The notes: a model not told the origin generated them from the sequence alone. Positions 20,610 through 33,420 are shown, counted from the first letter of the stretch. The stretch is 64,000 bases of DNA from an uncultured delta proteobacterium (GCA_963736755.1 CAVTQE010000023.1:9822-73821), one strand, 5' to 3'. Numbers and translations are program-made.

Positions 20610-22473
20610 TTATTCCTCCGCAACGTTCTGTAATTTTTCCTCAAATATCGTTTCTTGTCTCTTAAGTAGGTCGGTAAGTTTTTCGAGCTCATCAAAAAGG
20701 GCATCAACGGTTTTTTCGCACTGGTGCGTTGCCTGGGCGAGTTCGGTGATTGCTGAACCGTGGTGTTTACTTAACGCCTCCTGCATTGCGTTGGCAAGGC
20801 GATTCAGCTCCTGCTCCTGGATTTCTATTTCCTGCTCAATCTTTTCGATGCGTTGTTTAACGGGATTCAAAACTTTAGCTCGTTCGGCAATAATAACCGA
20901 GCGTTTTCGCCGCATCTCTTTTTTATTCCGCTTATCGCCCGATTCTTCATTGTGTTTATCTTTGAGCGCAGTTTTTCTCCTTTCTTCATCTTCGTGCCAC
21001 CCCCCCTGTTCTAAGAACCGCTGATAGCTTCCTTCAAAAAAATACGGGCCTTCTTTATCAAATACAATCAATCGTTCCGCCAGGGCGTGGAGAAACATCT
21101 CATTGTGGGTAACCAATAACACGGCACCCTCAAAACTATCTATGGCCTCAAGCAAAGCATCAGATGATTCCATATCGAGGTGGTTGGTAGGCTCATCAAG
21201 AAGCAGAAGATTAACGGGAGTAACGAGGAGTTTACCCAGCATTACCCTGCTTTTCTCACCGCCGGAGAGCACCTCTATTTTCTTAAGAGCAGCATCCCCC
21301 CCAAACATCATCGCACCACAGATATTGCGGGCCATCTGCCGATCAACGCTCACATGCGAAGCAAGTATTTCCTCCTCTATTGTTCGGGACTCCACCAGGT
21401 TTTTGACATTGGTTTGTTCAAAGGCAGCCACATGCCGCTCCCGGGTGTTGAGCAATCTCACCGCCTTGCAGGGCGAGCGTTCCCGCCAGAAGCTTTAAAA
21501 GGGTAGTCTTTCCTTTTCCATTGCTCCCAATAACGCAGACCCGGTCTCCGGCCTTAATCGTAAAACTCAAATTTCTGATAAGAGGTTTCGTGGCGTCATA
21601 AGCAAAAAAAAGGTTCTGGGCGCCCAACACATACTTCCCCTGAAATGGTTTGCTCCGAAAGGCAAACTCAAGATTTTTAAGTTGCTCAAGTTTTTCTTTT
21701 TTTCCCATTTTTCCAATGGTCTTAATGCGGGATTGAACAAGATTGGCGAGTCGCGCTTTTGCCCGGAAGCGGGTGATAAAAAGTTCGATTTCCCTCCGAC
21801 GCTGTTCATCTTTAATCCGCGTTTTTTCGTGTATTTCTTCTTCTTGAGCTATCTGACTGTAATATTTTTCGGTATCCCCTTCGGTTTTTCTGATTTTGTG
21901 GCGATAAAGCCCCATGGTGTGGGTCACCAGCTTATCCATCAGGCTCCGGTCGTGGGTAATGAGCAAAAGCTCATGGGGCCAGTCAAGTAAAAAACGTTCC
22001 ACCCAGCGGATGGAGGTTATGTCAAGATAATTGGTAGGCTCATCAAGCAGGAGCAGGTCAGGATCTGATACAAGTACTTTAGCCAGATTCAGTCGGACCT
22101 GAAACCCCCCGGAAAATTCCCAGGGTGGTCTTTTCATGTCCTCCAGTGAAAAACCCAGCCCCATAAGAATTTTTTCTACTTTCCAGTAGTGGTCCCGCTC
22201 CCCTTCGGGAAGCCCCTTCATGCCCTCCTGGAGTATGGCATCTTCCGTAAACTCCAAGGTTTGCCGGACATAACCAATGCGGTATCCCCGGGGGATGATG
22301 ACGCTACCCTCATCAGGCGGCTCTTCACCCACAATGATCCGAAAAAGGGTGGTTTTTCCATGGCCGTTACGGCCCACTAATCCCACCCGTTCGCGGGGGT
22401 TAATCTTGAAGTTCACCTGGTCAAAAAGAAGTTGATTACCAAATCGCTTGGTAAGGTTTTCTACGCTGATCAT
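20610..22473 (-). CDS. ABC-F family ATPase (two ABC domains plus C-terminal coiled coil), one frame break near 21440
   Basis: GRNGHGKTT and GSNGKGKTT Walker A motifs, LSGGF/LSGGEKSR signatures, LLLDEPTN twice. ORFs 21418-22473 and 20610-21461 are colinear. Confidence 0.9.
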
Positions 22474-22488
22474 AGTTCATCGTGCCAA

Positions 22489-22572
22489 TAAACCCGGTTA
22501 GAAAATTTTCACCAGGGGCATTTACCCCCTATTTCTTCACCCCGTTAGATATTTGTATCTAACGGGGCTCGT
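22489..22572 (-). repeat. CCCCGTTAG-family repeat element, short copy C
   Basis: Near-perfect palindrome cttcaccccgttagatatttgtatctaacgggg at 22535-22567; same orientation as copy B. Confidence 0.7.
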
Positions 22573-23030
22573 TCGTTAAAAAGCATATTCTTTTTCTCAC
22601 AATTAAGGGAGCGATTTCAAGAAAATATACAGGAGAGACCCCGTTTCTGGAAAAAATTGATTGTGTGCACTGTGCAAGCCGATTTTAAAAACTCTTTGCA
22701 TAACCAGGAATCACCGTTCCACCTCGAACCAGATGAATGCTTAAGTATCAGCCGTACCAACAGGCGCGAAACCAAAATTTTATGTGATTTATTCGTTGGG
22801 GCATTGACAACCCTTTCGAAAATGATAAGATCATGCCTGTCCGGGCAGTTTAAGAGTATTCCCATAATGCACTCAAATTCGAGAAGTTTTTGTCGGGGTT
22901 AGATAATGTTTGTTCTTCCAGACATATTCTCTGCTCTCGCGTTTATTACCAACCCGCGAAGGCGGTCTCATTTTTCTGCCATCTTATACCAAGTTGCATT
23001 CAAAAGCAGATCGAGGCGACGACGATCAAA

Positions 23031-23097
23031 ACGTGAAAAGTGCGACGTGAAGTGTGAAGTGTTTTAACACCTTACGTTTAACCTTTTACGATTTACG
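23031..23097. repeat. Word-hairpin block (H words)
   Basis: acgtgaaaagtgcgacgtgaagtgtgaagtg / tttt / aacaccttacgtttaaccttttacgatttacg. Confidence 0.7.
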
Positions 23098-23166
23098 AAA
23101 ACTGACGAGGAGACAACAAAGATATGCAAATGAAGGCGACTTGGTATTAGCAAAGGAGGATCACCC

Positions 23167-24364
23167 ATGAAGTTAGCCAGAGTACCGATACGTTTAATGC
23201 TCCTCATTTCCTTGGTCGTGGTTATGAGCTTCTCGAACACTTCTTTCGCCCGAAAAGCCCTCCGGCCGGTAATGGGACCGGATAATACCATCAGCCTCCT
23301 GGCAGGAAGTGGACATTTCCGACGAACAGGCCCCCATGGGCGTGGATGCGATCCCTGATGCGAAGGGAGTTTTCGGTTATCCCCATGAGGCGATCGGCCT
23401 GAACATTGACCCCCTCACGGCAGGCATTGATACCACCACACCACCCACGCAAGTCTACACCCTCTGTGCCAAGGGTGATGAGCTACCCGAATCCGGTCCG
23501 TGGAATGCGCGGTGTTATGTTCAGGTTCATACCGGTTTTCTGGGCCTGGAAGCAAAACCCTTGCGGAACTGGGTCGGCGAAGAACAATATGATCTTATTG
23601 CCAAAGATGGAACCATCAGAACAAGAAAGCTGATTAAATACGCAAAACCTTACTATGGCGAAAACGGGACGAGATTCAAAAAGATGGTGTACTATTATGA
23701 ACCCCAGGATTTTCGAGGAACATCTCTCTTGGTCTCGAAGCCGGCTGATGAAACCAAAGACAATGAAATGATGATTTATCTTCCGAGTATCCGGCGTATC
23801 CGTCGGATACCCTCTGGCCAGGATATGGATTCCCCAACCGGGATGGACATGAGCTACGACCAGCTTGATCGCAACCCCGGAAAATGGGATATGAATATTA
23901 TCGGTGAAAAAACCATTTACGTGGATCAGCCGCCGATCAGCAATTGCTATGGCTCCGAACCTCATCGGGCTTACATGGATGGAAAGCAGTGTGTAATCGT
24001 GGAAATGACCCCCCGGAATAAAAAGTGGCCAATATCACGAGATGTTCTATACTACGACAAGGCTTCGGCAGCATGTTATTACGAGGAAATCTATAATAAG
24101 GAGGGCACGCTGGAAAGAATCGCCCTTCCTTTTATGGCTCACCTCTATCCGAAAAATCCCGTCTACTGGACGTTGGGCGATCAGTACGCCCACAATCTTC
24201 TTACCAATCACAAAACCTTTTATGGTCCTCCTGAGTTTGACCGTAAGGGGAACAAAATTTTTGATTATGCCACCCGTGACTGGTCGAACTATCTCTTTTG
24301 GTTTGACACCGGCCTGCCCGATGAGTACTTTTCCGATCAATTCATGATACGGGGAACGCGATAG
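23167..24364 (+). CDS. Secreted LolA-like / DUF1329-like outer-membrane lipoprotein-sorting family protein, frame break near 23310-23350
   Basis: Signal peptide ORF 23167-23358 followed in another frame by 351 aa containing MMIYLPSIRRIRRIPSGQDMDSPTGMDMSYDQLDR. Confidence 0.5.
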
Positions 24365-24530
24365 CAGAAGCGCAAGAGCGCTCTCTCAACTTCTAACCGC
24401 CATTTTCAGCACGACAAGAGCAAATGATGAGTAAAAACTCAATGCCCTGCTTCCAGGATTATTCGCACTCTCAACACAGCAAGAAGCTCCTCTTTAAAAA
24501 GGATTATCAAAAAGCTAAGACCATTCATCC

Positions 24531-25816
24531 TTGAGTCTTTGCGTTATCGCCTGTTTAGGCTGCGTCATGAGTGATGCACCACCGCGTGATATAAAAACAG
24601 TGGCGCATGACTATATCCCGAAACTTGAAAAAAATTTACGCCAGAACATCGTCCCCTTCTGGCTGCAAAAAACTCTTGATCCGACAAACGGAGGCTACAC
24701 GATCAATTTCGGTCTCAACAGCGAACCCTTAGGACCGGGGGTCAAAATGATCGTCACCCAGGCACGCCAGGTCTGGTTTTTTTCACGGTTGGTACGCGAA
24801 GGATACGGCGGCAAGGAATGCCTGGATGCTGCGGAATTAGGCTATCGATTTCTCAAAGAGAAGATGTGGGACAAAAAACATGGCGGGTTTTACTGGCAGG
24901 TCGATGCCACGGGAAATAAGGTTCTCCTTGCCGGGAAGATGATGTGCGGCCAGGCTTTTGGCCTCTACGCTGTTGCCGAATATTATCTGGCCTGCAAAAA
25001 ACCAGAGGTCCTGACTTTTGCGCGGGAAATTTTTGAGCTTATGGAAGCCAAAGCCCATGACTCAGTGTACGGGGGCTACTGCGAGACCTTCGCTGAAGAC
25101 TGGTCTGTCCCAACCTCTCACTCGTTCCTATCTGGGAACGCCTTCTAACACCAAAACGATGAATACCCATCTCCATCTGCTGGAGGCCATGGCCAATTTT
25201 TATCGCGCCAGCGCATTACCGCTCGCCCGCGAGCGTCTGCTGGAGTTAATCCATATTCAAAGCACCACGGTGGTAAGAAAAAATGTGGGAGCATGTACGG
25301 ATAAATACCAGCGAGACTGGACACCGATGCTGGATGGTGACAATGCTCAGGTTGCTTACGGCCATTCTCTGGAAAATATCTGGCTGCTCATAGACGCCTG
25401 CGATGCAGCGGGCATTTCTCCCTCTCCTCTGCGTGATCTTTTTCAGACGCTTTTTAATTATGCGCTTCAAATATGGCTTTGATGAAAAAAAAGGAGGATT
25501 TTATCGCAGCGGCAACATAGTCAAAAACAGGGCAACAGACCGCAATAAGGTCTGGTGGGTTCAGGCGGAAGCCTTGGTCAGCGCCTTATATCTGTACCGT
25601 CTGACTCAGGACACAAAATACCTGGAGGTCTTTGCCAAAACCTACGATTTTATCGACAAGCACCAGGTAGATTGGCACAACGGCGAATGGTACGCCACCA
25701 TCACACCGCAAGGAAAGCCGGAAGGCAACAAAGCTGACCAGTGGAAAGCAGGCTATCACAACGGCCGGGCAATGATGGAATGTCTCAAAATTCTGAAAAA
25801 GGAACGGCGGGAATGA
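24531..25816 (+). CDS. N-acylglucosamine 2-epimerase (AGE) / cellobiose 2-epimerase family protein, three frame pieces
   Basis: NIVPFWL...NGGY...QARQVWFFS...; ...NTHLHLLEAMANFY...; ...GGFY...VWWVQAEALV...WKAGYHNGRAMMEC in successive frames. Confidence 0.85.
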
Positions 25817-25818
25817 AA

Positions 25819-25910
25819 GAAGATTTAAGAATTTAAGGGTTAAGCTTAAAACTTAACAGCTTAGCATCTTAATACTTTTACCTTTTACGTCTCACTCTTC
25901 ACGTTTAACC
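25819..25910. repeat. Word-hairpin block (T then H words)
   Basis: agatttaagaatttaagggttaagcttaaaacttaacagcttagc...ccttttacgtctcactcttcacgtttaacc. Confidence 0.65.
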
Positions 25911-25947
25911 GAAGCGGCTGATGCTGCCAGAGAATGTTGTGTTACGA

Positions 25948-26832
25948 TTATTGATCTAAAAGTATTGCCAAAGCGTTTTTACGAATTTCTTTAATGGTGG
26001 CAGGTTTTCTGATAAAGCGCACTCCCTGTTCCGAGATAAAAGAAATATGTTCCGGGGTAAACTTGCCGCTAAAAAAAAGAAAACGTTTTTTGATCGCGGG
26101 AAATAAGTGGAGTGCCTGCTGGTAAAAGGAAATGCCATCCATGGTGGGCATATCAATATCGGAAATGATGAGCTTGTAATAGGTATGTTTTAGTTTTTCC
26201 AGTGCTTCCTCTCCGTTATACGCGCTATCAACAACGCCCTCTTCATTTAATAGCGCCATGATGAGAATACGGATAGGCTCTTCATCGTCTACAATTAAAA
26301 TTTTTTCTTGCCAAACGTGGGGGAGGGCGCGTAACTGATCGTTCAAGTCATTCAATTCCAGGTTATTCCCATAGTAGTATTTAATAAATCGTTGGTGATT
26401 CTGAAGAACCATGGCAGCGCGCGCGAAATCTCGCTCAATTCCTTTAACGTGTTAACCACGTAAAGAAAAACATCATTGAACCTTGATCGTTCGATCGCCA
26501 CGATATCTTTGTACACCTGATCCTTGGTTAATGTTTGTGCGGCAATCTTCTGGAGAACTTCATCGAATATTCTCCCGATTTTGGTGTTGGTTTCGATCAT
26601 CAATGGTCACGGGTTGCATGGAGATAGGATGAGTTTTTACATATTTCAATGCCTCTTCCAAAATGCGAAAATGGTCTGTTTCATGGTCCGCAAGGCGTTC
26701 AAGGAATTGTCTTAAGGTTGGATCATCTTTAAAATAGTGCGCGGCTTGTTTATAAACGTCTCCCGCCAGACGTTCAATGTTCATTAACCAGGCAACGATT
26801 TTTTCCATGTTTTCTTCTGCCGTGTTGTCCAT
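25948..26832 (-). CDS. Response-regulator receiver domain protein with an N-terminal helical (ferritin-like?) domain; two frame breaks
   Basis: Receiver: KILIVDDEEPIRILI...LIISDIDMPTMDG...IRKP (25948-26412, confident). ORFs 26352-26603 and 26560-26832 read as colinear upstream helical segments. Confidence 0.6.
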
Positions 26833-26939
26833 TGGTCTCTTCGAAGCGATTTTTTTTGGCTCTCGGCTGTGTCCCCGGTCATTATCTCAAGAACCACATT
26901 TTCTTAGGGGTTCTCCTGCGGGGAGGTTTTAGTATTACA

Positions 26940-27800
26940 TTACAGGAGTTTTTTCTCCACGTAGCGAACCCCGTTCCGAAAGATTTTAATTCCTAAGCCT
27001 TCTTCCGGCAAGGGGAGGCCTCGGCGCTTAAGGTCTTCTTTTTTCCGGGTCCAGTCAGGATGGTTGGTGAAATGGTTATAACCTTCAGGGTGGGGCATTA
27101 AGCCAAGGACGTGTCCGGTAGGGTCACAGATGCCAGCGATATCCCGGAGAGAACCATTCGGGTTATAGGGAAATTTTCCCCGCGCCGGCTTATTGTCAGG
27201 GGTGGCATATTGGAAGACAACGTGATGATCAGTAAAAAGTCTTTTGATAACCTCTTTCGGAGCAAAGAACTTTCCTTCTCCGTGACGAATCGGCAGCTCA
27301 ATGGTTTTAATCCCTTTGGTAAACACACACGGGGAGTGTAAGGTCTTCAGGTAAATCCAGTCATCGCGAAAATTTCCGCAGTCATTAAAGGTAAGCGCGA
27401 CATCGCGCGCCTTATAGTTGCCATCAAAACCAGGAAGGAGGCCCAGATTTACCAATGCCTGGAACCCGTTGCAGATCCCGATAATCAGCTTTCCCTCAGC
27501 AATGAACTCCTCAATCTGAGCGCCGAGGTTAAATTTAAAACGGCTGGCTAAAAGCACACCCGCCCCGTGGTCATCACCCCAGCTGAACCCCCCGTCAAAA
27601 ACCAGGATGTGGTAGTCTTTTAAAACCTCCTGATGCCCGATCGTCTCGCCCGTGATCAGCTCATTTATATGAACGCGGTGTGATTCAGCGCCGGCTATTT
27701 TTAAGGCATAATCAGTCTCATAGTCGCAGTTCAGTCCGTAGCCGGTCAAAACAAGTGCTTTTACTTTTTTCATCTCAGCGCCCCAAAAGTCTTTTTCCAC
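26940..27800 (-). CDS. purQ: Phosphoribosylformylglycinamidine synthase, glutamine amidotransferase subunit
   Basis: ...GGFSWGDD...GICNGFQALVNLGLLPG...HGEG... motifs; adjacent to purL. Confidence 0.9.
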   Translation of the reverse strand: MEKDFWGAEMKKVKALVLTGYGLNCDYETDYALKIAGAESHRVHINELITGETIGHQEVLKDYHILVFDGGFSWGDDHGAGVLLASRFKFNLGAQIEEFIAEGKLIIGICNGFQALVNLGLLPGFDGNYKARDVALTFNDCGNFRDDWIYLKTLHSPCVFTKGIKTIELPIRHGEGKFFAPKEVIKRLFTDHHVVFQYATPDNKPARGKFPYNPNGSLRDIAGICDPTGHVLGLMPHPEGYNHFTNHPDWTRKKEDLKRRGLPLPEEGLGIKIFRNGVRYVEKKLL

Positions 27801-30771
27801 GCGTGTTTTAATTCCGTGATATCAGCATCAATAAGTGTCCCTTTACCCTTCACTCCGTTAATTTTCAACCGTGGTTCTTCCGTTACTTCGCCAATGGCAG
27901 CAAAGCAGCATCCTTTTAAAACCGCTTCAAACTTTTCTTTGTTCTCCGGAGCAATGGTGACAAGAAACCGCCCCTGGGTTTCCGAGTAAAGGATGCGGTC
28001 ATTGGTCAGGTCTTCTTCCACGGGCACCGCGCTGAGGTCAATCGTTAAACCCAGACAACCGGCCATCGCCACTAAGGCGAGGTGAACGCCTAAGCCTCCC
28101 CGGTAAATCCCGTGCGCTGAAGCAACCCATTCTTCCTGAATGGCCGTGCTTAAAGCGCGATAGAGCGGAATGACGTCCTCAGTGTTTACTTTCGGAACAT
28201 TGAGTCCGATACAGCCAAAGCGGTCATAGTACTCTGATCCGCCCAGCTCATTGCGCGTTACCCCTAAAACATACACCACATCCCCCGGGATTTTAACATC
28301 CATGGTCACGCACTTTCGGATATCATCAATCACCGCGGTGGCAGTAAACTGAATCGTCGGCAGGCCGGAAATCTTCCGGGTCTCGCCATATCGGCCTTTA
28401 AGATTGCCGTCGATATACATGCTGTCTTTTCCGGAAAGCAACGGAATACCAAAGGCAAGGCAATAATCTTTTAACGCCCAGTTTGCCCGGACCAGTTGGG
28501 CAGCCTTAAGCTTGCCATCCGGATTGGAAACCGGATGGTACTGGATGGTAGGCCAGCAGAAGTTATCCACGCCCCCAATATCGTCAAGCTTCGCGCCCAC
28601 GGCAATGAGCCGTCGCACTGCCTCGTCAATCGTGCACCCGATCATGGGGTAGGTATCAATCTGACTATACGTGGGATTGATGGCCTGCGTGGCAGCCAGG
28701 CCCCGATACGATCCCAAAATCGGCCGAACCACAACCGCATCACTTGTCACATCCCGCTCTTTTCCTACCAGCGGCTTGATCACGCTTCCCCCTTGAACCT
28801 CATGGTCATACTGGCGGATAACCCATTCTTTGCTGGCAAGGTTCGGCCGCGAAAGAATGTCTTTGAGAAGACTCGCATGGTCTTCGGGTTCCATGATGAC
28901 CGGTTCGTACAAGCCACGAACGTTCGGGCGGCATCCACTCAGCATCAAACTCCCACTGGGGAAAATCAGATTTTAAAAGCTCGGTAGTGATATAAGCGCA
29001 GGTCTTCCCCTGATAGAGAATATGAATCTTGCCGGTGTTGGTGTATCTCCCGATGACCGTGCTTTCAACATCATGTTTCCGGGAAAGCTCCATAAAGCGT
29101 TTTTCATGTTCCGGCTTTACCGCTACCGTCATCCGCTCCTGGGATTCCGAAATCCAGATCTCCCATTGGTCAAGCCCCGAATATTTAAGCGGGACTTTAT
29201 CCAAATCAACCTCACACCCATTGCTGAACCGGGCGCTTTCCCCAATGGATGACGAAAGCCCGCCCCCGCCATTATCGGTGATAAAAGCGATCAGCCCTTC
29301 ATCCCTCGCCTCAAGCAAAAAGTCATGCATCTTCTTCTGAGTATACGGATCCCCAATTTGGACATGACCTGCGGGAGTGTGTTCGCTAAACCCTTCGGAA
29401 GCAGCAGTTACCCCATGGATGCCGTCTTTCCCTACGCGTCCCCCGGTCATAATGATAAGCTCACCGGGGGTCGTGGTCTTCATCTCACTCGGTCTTCCCT
29501 GAACGGAAAAAGGCATGATCCCCAGAGCGGTTACAAAAACCAAACACTTACCCAGGTAACTTTCATGGAAAAAGAGATTGCCAAAAGGCGTGGGCACGCC
29601 GCTTTTATTTCCTCCGTCCTTAACCCCGGTGATAACGCCGTCCAACAGCCTTCGGGGGTGGAGACGGGGTTTAAGCTCTCCCTGATAATCCCGAGAGGCA
29701 ACGCAGTACCCGTACATTCCTAAAATAAGCTTTGACCCTAAACCGGTCCCGAGCGGATCCCGGTAAACGCCCACAATCCCGGTAATGGACCCCCCGTAGG
29801 CCTCCATGTTGGAAGGGCTGTTGTGAGTCTCTCCGGTGATAGTATAGTAATGAAGGTCATCGAACCTCCCCACTCCCGCGTTATCCCAGAGCACGGAAAC
29901 CACCCAGGGTTTTTTCTTCTGAATGTCCAGGGTGGGCTCTTCAATGCAGGTCTTAAACAGATTATCCACTACCGTCTCTTTTCCGGTCGAAAGATCCTTA
30001 TAGCGGAAAAGCCCCTTAAAAGTATTGTGGTTGCAATGATCAGACCGGGCCTGGGCAATGTATTCAAGCTCAATATCCGTGGGAAGGTCAAGGCCCACTT
30101 CTCTCCGCTCGTTCCTTACCTCTTCCCGGAGAAAATACTCCCGGATCGTCGGAACATCCCGGGGGTTAAGCGCGAGGTTTCGCTCATCGCTTATCCGCAT
30201 CAGCTCTTCATCACTATCAATCGAAAAAGCCTTTACCGTTGGTATATGGCTCAACACAACCTTCGGAACCGTTAAGCCGATATTTCTTCTTGCGTCCTGG
30301 CTTCCCTTTTTCAAAAATTTTCCACTGCTGGATAAGATCATTAGCAAGTGATTCCCGGGCAATGAGGTTCACTTTTCCCTCATCCAAGCCCTTGCCCCGA
30401 ATACAGAAAAGCTTTGAGGTATAGCACGCCTCTTCTTCTTTAAAAGTAATTTTCAGGAGATCTTCAATCGCTTCTCTGGCTGTGCTCGCGGCCGTGTCCC
30501 GCACCCCGGGCCGGAACCCAACCCACACCGCCCAATCAAACTCAATCGCCAGGGCGTCAAAGCCGGAGACGTGAATGACCGGGTTCGTGAAAATCTTGGT
30601 TCTGATCTCTTCGAGTTGTGCCGCTGTGAACTCAGCATCAAGAGTAATAATGTTTATCAACCGCACTGAGTCCACGGTGATTCCAAAGTAGTCCTGGGCT
30701 TGCGCTTTTAACGACGCCCCTTCAGCGTCAAAAAGCTCGGGTTTAAGAGCAATTTCTATTTTTGCTACCAT
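27770..30771 (-). CDS. purL: Phosphoribosylformylglycinamidine synthase II with fused PurS-like N-terminal region; two frame breaks
   Basis: ORFs 30217-30900 (MVAKIEIALKPELFDAEG..., PurS-like; start taken at ATG 30771), 28806-30362 (ARSDHCNHNTF, GETHNSPS) and 27770-28948 are colinear. Confidence 0.9.
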
Positions 30772-30900
30772 ACGTTGAGTCTCTCTTCGGGATGATTCAA
30801 TAAAAAAGGAAGGAAAATTTTCAGAAAGTGTAGGTGAGGATGGAAAAAATGTCAAGGTTTGTTCTGTTTCATTGAACTTCTGACAATATTTTGTTAGCAT

Positions 30901-31085
30901 AAGATTTAAGTTTTAAGATTAAAGTGTTAAGGGTTAAGCTCCTGGTTCGTAGTTCATGGTTCGTCGCTATCAGCTAGGAGCTATCAGCCAAGAGCTATGA
31001 GCAATGATCTAACAACTTAAAACTTAACCCTTTTAACTTATTTACTTTTCACATTTCACGTTACTTCACGTTTCACGGAGTATTT
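30901..31085. repeat. Word-hairpin block (T, S, T-complement, H words) between divergent purL and purN-like genes
   Basis: aagatttaagttttaagattaaagtgttaagggttaag / ggttcgtagttcatggttcgt / gctatcagctaggagctatcagccaagagctatgagc / acttaaaacttaaccc / ttcacatttcacgttacttcacgtttcacg. Confidence 0.7.
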
Positions 31086-31088
31086 GCC

Positions 31089-31870
31089 ATGATGAAACCC
31101 ATTCATAATCCTGAAGAAGGCCCTTTGAAATTAGTTGGACTCATGTCCGGGTCAGGGACCAATATCCGAAAAATTTTGGAGCATCAGATAAAACTCGAAA
31201 AACAAGCCGGCACATCACCGTTTAAAATGGTTGTTCTTTTTAGCGACAACGGGAACAGCAATGCATCCAAAATCGGAATGGAATACGATATTCCGGTGAT
31301 AACCCGCGACATTGCCGGGTTTTACGCCAAGCGAGGGAAAAAACGGAGTGATTTAACGTATCCGGCCGGAATTTGACGCTGAAACCGTAAAAGCCCTTTC
31401 CCCCTTTGAGGTCAAAGTAGGGATTTATGGCGGGTATATGAGTGTTGTCACCTCTCCTCTTATTCATGCCTTTCTGGGGGTAAATGTTCACCCGGCTGAC
31501 CTTTCGATTGAGGAAGGAGGCAAACGAAAATTCACGGGTGCCCACGCGGTGCGAGATGCCATCGCACAGCGGAGAAAAAACCATTGCCGCTACTACCCAT
31601 ATTGTTGAAGACGCGGTTGATCAGGGGCCGATTCTCATGATCTCTCCCCCCCTGCCCGTGATAGTAAAAAAAGAGTGGGATCTTTCCAATCCCGAACATC
31701 TCAAAGAAGCTGAATCTTTTAACCAGGAGCGACTTAAAGAAAACGGGGACTGGCTGATTTTTCCGAAAACGATCGAATATCTGGCTCAAGGCCGCTATGG
31801 AAGGGATGAAACCGGCACGCTTTATTTTGATGGCAAGCCGATTCCCCATGGGTTCCGGTATGAAATTTAA
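31089..31870 (+). CDS. Formyltransferase of the PurN (GAR transformylase) family, three frame pieces
   Basis: LKLVGLMSGSGTNIRKIL...; ...GYMSVVTSPLIHAFLGVNVHPADL...; ...AATTHIVEDAVDQGPILM...; sits in the pur cluster. Confidence 0.7.
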
Positions 31871-31965
31871 GTATTTAAGGGTTAAGTTTTAAGTCTTTAA
31901 GCTTACCTTAAGCTTAACCTTAACTTAACCTTAACCCTTAAACCTTTAAACTTAAACTTTCAACT
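31871..31965. repeat. Word-hairpin block (T words), about 30-bp imperfect stem between purN-like and purM
   Basis: 31875-31902 ttaagggttaagttttaagtctttaagc pairs with 31908-31941 ttaagcttaaccttaacttaaccttaacccttaa. Confidence 0.8.
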
Positions 31966-31968
31966 TTA

Positions 31969-33111
31969 TTGATTGAGAAACTTTTTATGTCGCAACATTA
32001 CAAAAAAGCTGGGGTTGATATTCATCAGGGAGATAAAGCATCCCACATTCTTTATCAGGCCGCTCGCAAAACCTGGAAAAACCGCTCCCGTCAATTAGGA
32101 GAAGTGATTACCCCGTTTGATGATTTTACCGGATTGCGGGTGATGGCAGTGGGGAAGCTTCCCGCGGGAACGGTTTTGGGAGTGGGTTTTGATGGCGTGG
32201 GAACGAAAGTCGAGATCGGAGAACGGATCGCTCTTCACAACACCATCGCCTTTGATTTATTCGCCATGGTCTGCGATGACGCGGTGGTCAGGGGAGGTGA
32301 ACCGGTTTTAGTGGGAACCGTCCTTGATGTTAATACCCTGGGAAAAGACGATGAATCGTATCTGAATTTCATTAAACAGCTGGCCGACGGGTATGTTAAA
32401 GCCGCCCGCGAAGCTGGAGTCGCGGTCATCAACGGAGAACTGGCGGAACTGGGAGTCCGCGTTCACGGTTATGGCCCGTTTAACTATAACTGGAGCGCCG
32501 GGGTTATCTGGTTTGCCCGGAAAGAGCGGATGTTCACCGGTTTTGAAATCAAGCCCGGTGATGCCCTGGTTGGTTTAAATGAGGAAGGCTTTCGTTCAAA
32601 TGGTTTATCCCTGGCCCGGCGAATCTTACGTCAAAATTTTGGAGAAGAGTGGCATACCCAATCCGTGAACGGAAAAAATCTGGGTGAGCTGGTGCTCCAA
32701 CCATCCCGAATCTATACCCGCGCCATCGTGGACATGATCGGCGGCGTGGAAGGCAACCCCCAGGCAAAGGTCCACGGCGTGGCCCACATTACCGGCGGAG
32801 GAATACCCGGCAAGCTGGGAAGAATACTCAAACCCCAGAAATTAGGCGCTCAGATTGACAGCCCTTTTCCTCCCGGAGATATCGTTTCCTTTTGTCAGGC
32901 ACTGGGCAACGTCTCCGATCAGGAAGCTTATCAGGCCTGGAATATGGGCCAGGGGATGATCGTCATCACTCCTGAGCCTGAAGGGGTAATCCAGATTGCT
33001 CGCAACCACCGGATCAAGGCAAAAATAATCGGACGGGTGACAAAAACCCCGGGCATTACTATTGTGAGCCAAGGAGCTTTCAAAAAAGACAAGGTGTTAA
33101 AATTTTCTTAA
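31969..33111 (+). CDS. purM: Phosphoribosylformylglycinamidine cyclo-ligase (AIR synthase)
   Basis: YKKAGVDI...GFDGVGTKVEI...AFDLFAMVCDDAVVRGGEP...HITGGG. The true start may be ATG 31987. Confidence 0.85.
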   Translation: MIEKLFMSQHYKKAGVDIHQGDKASHILYQAARKTWKNRSRQLGEVITPFDDFTGLRVMAVGKLPAGTVLGVGFDGVGTKVEIGERIALHNTIAFDLFAMVCDDAVVRGGEPVLVGTVLDVNTLGKDDESYLNFIKQLADGYVKAAREAGVAVINGELAELGVRVHGYGPFNYNWSAGVIWFARKERMFTGFEIKPGDALVGLNEEGFRSNGLSLARRILRQNFGEEWHTQSVNGKNLGELVLQPSRIYTRAIVDMIGGVEGNPQAKVHGVAHITGGGIPGKLGRILKPQKLGAQIDSPFPPGDIVSFCQALGNVSDQEAYQAWNMGQGMIVITPEPEGVIQIARNHRIKAKIIGRVTKTPGITIVSQGAFKKDKVLKFS

Positions 33112-33420
33112 CAAGCTTTCATCAGATCACCAAGGGCTTTTTATTCCAGAAAACGTAATTTTTTTAAAGACTAAAAAGACCGCCCATAATCTTAATTATC
33201 AACTCCCCCGAAGGAAAAAATCAATTAATTTTAGTTAGTTATTGATTTCTGCGGGAGGTTATCCCCTCGAAGGCCGGGGCAGAAATGATATTTTGAGAGC
33301 CAGCCCTAATTTTTTTACCGAAAAATCTTTTTGTTTTTTTTTACAGAGTGTGGTATTTATTTAAAGAATAATATTGAATTTACAAGTTTTTTTTGACAAG
33401 GAAAAAGGAGGTTTAACAAA

